DNA from: Bdellovibrionota bacterium
Lineage (GTDB): Bacteria > Bdellovibrionota_C > UBA2361 > OMII01
Direction of reading: 5' to 3'
Assembly: GCA_044356215.1 (NCBI GenBank)
Contig: JBIKWQ010000032.1
Location: forward strand, 1 to 34,220
DNA: 34,220 bases
The translations under genes were made by a program, and so were the position numbers. Below the pieces are notes generated by a model. That model was not told where the DNA came from. It saw only the letters and a program-made list of their open reading frames with translations, and made no database searches. This document shows positions 28,382 to 34,220 of the stretch, in pieces. Each line of letters begins with the position of its first letter. Positions within the stretch are counted from its first letter, which is position 1.

Positions 28382-28999
28382 ATGGAACAAACCGAGATCT
28401 TCTGGTCACTTATAGGGGTATTCTGCGCTGGAGCCGCTTTTATAGGGGCTTTCTGGGCCGCTAATGGTCGAGGAGCCGATACCCCTGGATCACCCGCCGC
28501 GGTAAAGAATCTGGTTAAAACATTTCACAATAGGGTCGCTCACTTTACCCTTCAGGTTCGAGTTTTAGACGAGCATGCGAATGAATACACATCGATCTTT
28601 AACAGCGCTGATTGGAACACCTTGGTAGAGACAGTATCAAAGCTAGAGCAAGCTGACTTAAAGGCTCAGGACTTAATCAAAGAGAGGCGTTTTAAAGAGG
28701 CAGGGACTTTATTAGCGGCGTTTACTAATAACGAAGGCAGCGAGTTCGATCAGATTCAGGCGTCGTTAGATTCTTACACCGCTAGCGCCAACTGGGAGAC
28801 CCATGTACATGGGATGTTGAAGCGGGTTGTGCAAAACTTAGAGGCTGCCACACTTGAGACACGCGAGATAACAAAAACGGTCACTTCGCGCAGACGTCAA
28901 CCTACCCTAGTGACCTTAGCTGATGTAAAGAAGACCCTACTTGAGGACGAGGTGCTAACCCGTGGCATAGCGCGGTCGCTGCGTGGGGAGGTGAATTGA
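28382..28999 (+). CDS. Hypothetical protein, N-terminal TM anchor plus helical domain
   Basis: 205-aa ORF, hydrophobic residues ~6-26, converges on yhhQ. Confidence 0.7.
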   Translation: MEQTEIFWSLIGVFCAGAAFIGAFWAANGRGADTPGSPAAVKNLVKTFHNRVAHFTLQVRVLDEHANEYTSIFNSADWNTLVETVSKLEQADLKAQDLIKERRFKEAGTLLAAFTNNEGSEFDQIQASLDSYTASANWETHVHGMLKRVVQNLEAATLETREITKTVTSRRRQPTLVTLADVKKTLLEDEVLTRGIARSLRGEVN

Positions 29000-29002
29000 T
29001 AC

Positions 29003-29677
29003 CTACGACAACGAAAACGGCGTAAAGTTAGTATCGCGATCGAAGTAGTCCTCGTTCTCAGCTCGTTTAAGCGCGCCAACTACTTTGTAGGTTATCGGCG
29101 TATTTACTACCTCCCAACCTACTTTAAGCAGATAGTTAGAGAACATCACACTTAGGAGTAATTTCAAATCCCATACCCCTAAAAAAGCTAGCGGATAAAA
29201 GACCAGGGTGTCCGCGGCCTCGCCCACTATCGTAGAACCAATAGTACGCGACCAGAGATGCCTACCTCCGGTTAATATCTTCATCTTCGCTAACGTAAAC
29301 GAGTTGCAAAACTCACCACAAAAGAATCCAGCAAGCGAAGCCAAAGCGATCCGCGGAGTTGCGCCAAAGATCGTCTCTATCGCGGCTTGGTTAGGGAAGG
29401 TGCTCGCAGGTGGGATATTAACGATTAGCCAGGCCATAAATGAAGCGAACGCCAAGGCACCAAAGCCAGCCCAAACGACTTTTCTTGCACGCGAGTAGCC
29501 GTAAACTTCAGTTAATATGTCGCCGAATATGTAGCTAATCGGGAAAAATAAGTTACCCGCTGAGAAGGGGAACCCTGATACTTCAGTAACTTTTGAAGCG
29601 CCTATAACGTTGGAGCAGAGCAGCACCGTCACAAACGCGGCCATGATTAGGTCGTAATACTTGTAGTTTCTTTGCAT
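29003..29677 (-). CDS. yhhQ: Queuosine precursor transporter (YhhQ/VUT family)
   Basis: LLCSNVIG, FFPISYIFGDILTEVYGYSRAR, PRIALASL and RTIGSTIVGEAADT motifs. Confidence 0.92.
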   Translation of the reverse strand: MQRNYKYYDLIMAAFVTVLLCSNVIGASKVTEVSGFPFSAGNLFFPISYIFGDILTEVYGYSRARKVVWAGFGALAFASFMAWLIVNIPPASTFPNQAAIETIFGATPRIALASLAGFFCGEFCNSFTLAKMKILTGGRHLWSRTIGSTIVGEAADTLVFYPLAFLGVWDLKLLLSVMFSNYLLKVGWEVVNTPITYKVVGALKRAENEDYFDRDTNFTPFSLS

Positions 29678-29765
29678 AGCTTCCTTAGGGGTAGTTTAGG
29701 CACGTTGCTACACGATGTACAATTCCGCGAATGCGTCAGGGGTATTATTTCGCGTCCATTGAGGA

Positions 29766-29869
29766 TTTTTTTAAACAACGAGAGCGGCGAGAACAGCGAG
29801 AGGAGAGACAAAGAGGAGATTAAAGCCTCCCCCCCTCTTTTCCCTCGCCGCTCTCTTTGTTTAAAAAAA
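29766..29869. repeat. Palindromic REP-like element overlapping the LRR-kinase stop codon
   Basis: 26-bp arms at 29766-29791 and 29844-29869 (1 mismatch); 9-nt-period CGAGAGCGG-CGAGAACAG-CGAGAGG. Confidence 0.75.
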
Positions 29870-31204
29870 CAGGCCGCTTCGAAGCTCTCGCTCTATCTCT
29901 TCAAAACCCGGCCTCAACATCACTTCTTTCGCCATGCAGCGCCTAGATAAAGCTTTAAGCGCGCCTATTAGCTTCTCGTTACACCCCACTGAAACTCGCT
30001 CAAGAAGCTCACTTAGAAGTATCCCAAAAGCTCGCGCCTCAATCCGCTCAATCGCTTCACCAGGAAACGCTTTCGATTCGCCGTACACACACGCTGCGCC
30101 AAAATCACTCACTAAAGCTGACCGCGGCGATACTAAGGTGTTGTGAGCATAAAGATCCCCGTGAGCTATGCCTAAACCGTGAATATGCCCCGCGGCACTG
30201 GCGATATCTCTCGCGTAAGAGAGGATCGTTTCTTCAGAAAACGTAACGCCTGGGCGATAGATATCCCGAGTACAACTGGAGAAACTTGGCGGACCAGCTA
30301 AATTGATAAACTCTGGCGGAACTAGATCTAGCACTAGCCCCACTCGCCCCTCGGGATGATCAGTAATAAGGCCCCTTGTTGAAACTATACACCGATGCCG
30401 CCCCGCTTTAAGCGCCGCGGCTATCTCATCGTCGCTATCTCCATCGCTGGAAACTCGCGACGCAAAAACCTTTGCAGCCACCTCCTCAGACAAACCGTCA
30501 TCACCGACCATCGAGGCAGCATAAGTTATTCCTGAAGCCCCACGCCCTAATTCTCCCTGCTGAATTAATTGACTCCAAGAGATGGTACGACTATATGTAG
30601 CCTCTCTAATTGAATGAAGCGATCTAGTCGCCGGATTACCAGCGACCGCGAGCCACGCAAGCGATGGCAAATTAAACAACCACGACGGGAACTCTTCAAA
30701 CAGATTAGCTGACACTCTAAGCAGCTCAAGCGAATGAGCGCTAGCGAGCGACTCAGGCAACGCACGCAAACGATTTCCGGCGAGAAGTAGCTTAGTTAAT
30801 CCAGGAAGCGAGCCCAGATCTTCCGGTAACTCTTCAATCCGGTTATCTGTTAGGGTTAACCAGATAAGTGATTTAGGCAGGGACTTTTGAGAGACACGCT
30901 CAATCTGATTCCCGCGCATTCCCAACATACGTAATCTGGGAAGTTTTCCGATTATCTCTGGAATATGAGTAAATTTGTTGTAGCTAAGAAAGAGCACTTC
31001 TAGTTTTGCTAGCCTGGGAAGCCAATCAGGGAGATCCGTGAGGTTGTTGCCGCTTAGGTCGAGGATCTCAACGTCTTGAGCGCGATCAAGAATTATTCTC
31101 GGCACCTGCTGTAGATCTTCGCAAATGGTGACGCGCTTAATCGCATCTCCCGCGTAATTAGCTAGTTCAAAGGTTCCTGTTGTCTCCATGGTAGTAGGGG
31201 ACAA
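29861..31204 (-). CDS. Leucine-rich repeat protein kinase (LRR plus Ser/Thr-kinase-like domain)
   Basis: About six LxxLxLxxNxLxxLP repeats; kinase motifs LGRGASG, VAAKVF, HGDLYAHN and SDFGAA. Confidence 0.9.
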   Translation of the reverse strand: MSPTTMETTGTFELANYAGDAIKRVTICEDLQQVPRIILDRAQDVEILDLSGNNLTDLPDWLPRLAKLEVLFLSYNKFTHIPEIIGKLPRLRMLGMRGNQIERVSQKSLPKSLIWLTLTDNRIEELPEDLGSLPGLTKLLLAGNRLRALPESLASAHSLELLRVSANLFEEFPSWLFNLPSLAWLAVAGNPATRSLHSIREATYSRTISWSQLIQQGELGRGASGITYAASMVGDDGLSEEVAAKVFASRVSSDGDSDDEIAAALKAGRHRCIVSTRGLITDHPEGRVGLVLDLVPPEFINLAGPPSFSSCTRDIYRPGVTFSEETILSYARDIASAAGHIHGLGIAHGDLYAHNTLVSPRSALVSDFGAACVYGESKAFPGEAIERIEARAFGILLSELLERVSVGCNEKLIGALKALSRRCMAKEVMLRPGFEEIERELRSGLFF

Positions 31205-31228
31205 AAGATAGCTGGTTAGAGCTCAATA

Positions 31229-32158
31229 TTACTCTGTCGTAACGTTATTTATAACGGCTTCTTTGTCTAGGTCACGCACTAGAGATCCCATTCTTGGCAT
31301 CACCATCTGTCCAGGGTTATCAGTTTTATCTCCCCAGGCCTGAACAAGCTGCTGTCCTGGATGCCCCTCGATGGTGTTTGAAAAAGCTATGAGGTGCCCG
31401 ACGATGGTAAGCAGGTTAGCTTTATCCGAAAAAATTCTTAACCCTTTCGGCCGTGACTTAGTTGTATCGGCCGCGTCTATAACTGGATCTGTCGGAAGAT
31501 CATCCATCCGGTAAGCGAATTCGTGGGCCTTCTCAAGATTCGAGTGCCAAAGTCCGTGATGAATTCGAAGCAGAAGATCCGAGTAGGAAGTAAAGTCTTC
31601 ATTTACTGGTCCGCATAAATCGGCGAAGCGTTTTTCGATTCGATCCACCGTCAGAGGCTGCCCGTTAGCTACCTTCGCCTCTAGTTCGTCGCGGATCTCT
31701 CCGAGCATCTTGGCAGAATCTCCACTGTATTGTCGATCTAGCTCGCCTTTAAGCTCCTGCCCTACCCGCAGGTAAGCACTAAATCCATTACTCGTAAGTG
31801 CCACCTTTAATACCACCAGCCTCATCTCGGCTAGTCTGGCAACGTTCTGTTGGACATCCGTAGGCAACCCTTGAAACCTTGTCCAGCTATCTTCATGCGC
31901 CTCGTTGTTTGCCTCCTTTCTCTTCTGCCAGGCATCATATTGCTCAATGATATAGGTCTCAGCTAACCGAGGCGCTATACGTAGGTCTGAGAGCTGCGAG
32001 CCTTCCATTTTAATTCCAAGCCTTTTCGCCAAAATAGCGAACTGCTCATCGCTCGCCACTAAACTGGAGCCACGTCCAAAAGAAGCTTCCCCGCCCTGCG
32101 CAGAAAAGCAGAGCCCATCAAAATCACTCCTACCTCCGATGCTTAAATTCTTTATCAT
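31229..32158 (-). CDS. Hypothetical protein (orphan)
   Basis: 309-aa ORF with AGGA RBS; no recognisable motif. Confidence 0.7.
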   Translation of the reverse strand: MIKNLSIGGRSDFDGLCFSAQGGEASFGRGSSLVASDEQFAILAKRLGIKMEGSQLSDLRIAPRLAETYIIEQYDAWQKRKEANNEAHEDSWTRFQGLPTDVQQNVARLAEMRLVVLKVALTSNGFSAYLRVGQELKGELDRQYSGDSAKMLGEIRDELEAKVANGQPLTVDRIEKRFADLCGPVNEDFTSYSDLLLRIHHGLWHSNLEKAHEFAYRMDDLPTDPVIDAADTTKSRPKGLRIFSDKANLLTIVGHLIAFSNTIEGHPGQQLVQAWGDKTDNPGQMVMPRMGSLVRDLDKEAVINNVTTE

Positions 32159-32299
32159 AACAAGTCCTGCTTATCTTAAAAACTTTCTAGAACAATAGTC
32201 TAACACGGGGAAGGCTAGCCAGTCAATTTTCCACTCCTGCCATCACTCCAACGAAAACCACCCCCCGCCAAGCTCCTCAGCCATCGCGGCGCGGGACCA

Positions 32300-32435
32300 C
32301 CTACATCTTCACGAAAAACATCATCACCGACCATCGAGGCAGCATAAGTTATTCTTGAAGCCCCATGCCCTAGTTCTCCCCGCTGAATTAATTGGCTCCA
32401 AGAGATGGTGCGACTATGTGTAGCCTCTCTAATTG
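32300..32435 (-). pseudogene. Duplicated fragment of the LRR-kinase gene (LRR/kinase junction and Gly-loop)
   Basis: 32321-32435 matches 30498-30612 with 7 substitutions in 115 bp; translates as ISWSQLIQRGELGHGASRITYAASMVGDD. Confidence 0.85.
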
Positions 32436-32578
32436 TTACACGGGTGACGCAAGCTCCTGAGTGCTGCGCTAATTCTTGGGTGGTGGTTAGGTGCATGGAT
32501 TCTCTTTAAGCGGCTCATCCGCTCAGAATCACCGCTGTTTTGAAAATATATCATCGATGAATGGTGGTTAGGCGGCCT

Positions 32579-33280
32579 TTATCGATTATACCTGTGCAAA
32601 ATCTCTCGTTGCGGTTCGGATACACTACCTAATATTTCTTGACCCAATATCTTCCGAGCTTTAAACAATCTGCTTTTCACTGTACCTTCAGGTACCGCTA
32701 GTTTACCTGCTATCTCTTTAAGACTATGCCCTTTCAGGACTAATTCAATAACAGCGCTATGTTGCGGTTGCAGTCTAGCAACCGCCGCCACAAGGGGAGC
32801 AACTAAATCAGCCCTCTCTAAATCCGGTAACTTTAGCTTTGTTAGGCTGCTAGGATCTGCAATCGAGCCCTCAAAATCTGTCCCTTTTTCTAAATCATCA
32901 AGGTTTGATAGCTGTTTACTTTTGGCCAATGAGCTTCGCGCTCTACGGGCCGAGCTTAATTCATTTCTTATGATCGTTTCAACCCATGTCGAAAGCGTGG
33001 ATTGTTCTTCGAACTCACTTAACGCATTAAACACTTTCAAGGAGACCTTATTGACTATATCGTCCCCTTGCATGGTAACAAACGCCTCTGATGCCTGACG
33101 CTGCACTACTCCTTCCAAAAACAAACGTAGCGCGACAAAAAATTTACTTTGCTGTTCTCCAGCAGAATTCTTCCAATCAACTTTACCATCATCTCCCCTG
33201 GCCAATTCACTGAACGCATCATTTAGTCGATCCCGGATTGGGTTGTCTCGGCTTGTTTTAGCTATTGAAGTTGCGGCCAT
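32579..33280 (-). CDS. ECF-type sigma-70 factor
   Basis: Region 2 DDIVNKVSLKVFNALSEFEEQSTLSTWVETIIRN; region 4 SLKEIAGKLAVPEGTVKSRLFKARKIL; AGGAG RBS. Confidence 0.88.
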   Translation of the reverse strand: MAATSIAKTSRDNPIRDRLNDAFSELARGDDGKVDWKNSAGEQQSKFFVALRLFLEGVVQRQASEAFVTMQGDDIVNKVSLKVFNALSEFEEQSTLSTWVETIIRNELSSARRARSSLAKSKQLSNLDDLEKGTDFEGSIADPSSLTKLKLPDLERADLVAPLVAAVARLQPQHSAVIELVLKGHSLKEIAGKLAVPEGTVKSRLFKARKILGQEILGSVSEPQREILHRYNR

Positions 33281-33301
33281 TTTCTTTCTGCTCCTGACTC
33301 G

Positions 33302-34111
33302 TTAATACTCAGGTTTTGGTGTAGGAACTACTAAGTCACTAAATGTAGATTGAGCCGCCTGCCCGTAACCGTCTGCCAGAATTTTCCACGCTTCCCTTGT
33401 AGGCGCATTAGGCTGACTAGCTGGTGAATGCTCCTGATTCGCGTTTTCAACTTTCTTACTCGGGCGTTTATCAAAACTCCGCGTAAATTGAGATAGACCA
33501 GAAACGTAGTCCTTGTGAATGGTATCTAATACCTGAATTGCCTCCTGACTGGGTGTGCTGCCCATTTTTTCGATTAGCGTTTTGCGCCAATTGTCTGCAA
33601 ATTCTGCATAATCAAATCCTTGCGGCACATCACCAGAGGCAGCCAAGCACCGACTTGGGCCAAAAGATCTTAACTTGGTAATTAAATTGGAATATTGGCT
33701 TCTTACACCTCTGGTCATCATTCCAGAAAATTCCCACGTATCTATACCTTGAGCAGTCATGCGCCCCTTAATAGCCTCAATCTCTGAGCGGCTCATTCCT
33801 GACACTCTAGCTATAACTGAAGCGCCATTTGTTATCGACTCCGCCAAGTGATTCAGGACCCAATCCAGAGATTTCAGTCTGGAATTGATAGCTGGGGCCG
33901 GCCCTAAAACTTGCGCTGCGGACCGCCAGGACAAGGCTTCAAAATTCTGCTCAACCGTATTTTTGTGAAAAAGGTACGTCTTATAATATTCTAACAGAGC
34001 ATCAACCGGAGTTACTGGGCTCAATGCTTCGACGATGTTCACAGCGGTCACCGCGGCTTTAGGCAAAGCTACCGCCGCGCTGGCCCCCAAAAGTCTGACT
34101 ATTACCCACAT
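33302..34111 (-). CDS. Hypothetical protein (orphan), probably co-transcribed with the ECF sigma gene
   Basis: 269-aa ORF ending 21 bp before the sigma start; no recognisable motif. Confidence 0.65.
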   Translation of the reverse strand: MWVIVRLLGASAAVALPKAAVTAVNIVEALSPVTPVDALLEYYKTYLFHKNTVEQNFEALSWRSAAQVLGPAPAINSRLKSLDWVLNHLAESITNGASVIARVSGMSRSEIEAIKGRMTAQGIDTWEFSGMMTRGVRSQYSNLITKLRSFGPSRCLAASGDVPQGFDYAEFADNWRKTLIEKMGSTPSQEAIQVLDTIHKDYVSGLSQFTRSFDKRPSKKVENANQEHSPASQPNAPTREAWKILADGYGQAAQSTFSDLVVPTPKPEY

Positions 34112-34220
34112 CTAGCGGTTGTTCTACCTACGATCACAGTGTTTTTCTGTATCTAAATACTTCGGAGTGTGTCATATGCTTGTAAATGGAAGACACAAAT
34201 GACCGCAAAGAAGCACGGAA

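Noticed and set aside
29678..29765. preQ1 riboswitch upstream of yhhQ
   Set aside because: No recognisable short P1 stem plus A-rich tail by eye. An Rfam scan would be decisive.
30498..32435. DGR template/variable repeat pair
   Set aside because: Mismatches are all transitions and are not confined to adenines of one copy on either strand. No reverse transcriptase is in the window and the target is mid-gene.
34134..34220. 3' end of an upstream minus-strand gene
   Set aside because: Only ~28 open codons at the window edge, so it cannot be supported.

Overview
Bacterial chromosomal window with mostly core or housekeeping genes: nhaD-type antiporter, MacAB-like ABC exporter, tpx, tRNA-Arg(CCG), SLC13/TrkA-C permease, pgi, PmtA-type methyltransferase, pssA, a DUF58-transglutaminase-TPR-MoxR operon, yhhQ, an LRR-kinase and an ECF sigma factor. 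Several orphan or secreted proteins are interspersed. The intergenic DNA is the most unusual part. (i) A four-copy ~155-bp MITE has CAGGG...CCCTA termini, 9-bp target duplications in two copies, and an internal periodic palindrome. (ii) A ~580-bp nested composite element occurs twice in inverted orientation ~17.5 kb apart. (iii) A related hexamer-repeat element shares its terminal motif. (iv) A ~181-nt rod-like structured RNA candidate resembles 6S RNA. Notable proteins are a UvrA paralogue with degenerate ATPase motifs, a tandem two-domain pectate-lyase-like protein, and a secreted protein with 38 cysteines. No transposase, integrase, reverse transcriptase, CRISPR array or rRNA was recognised. 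All calls come from reading motifs by eye; no searches were run.
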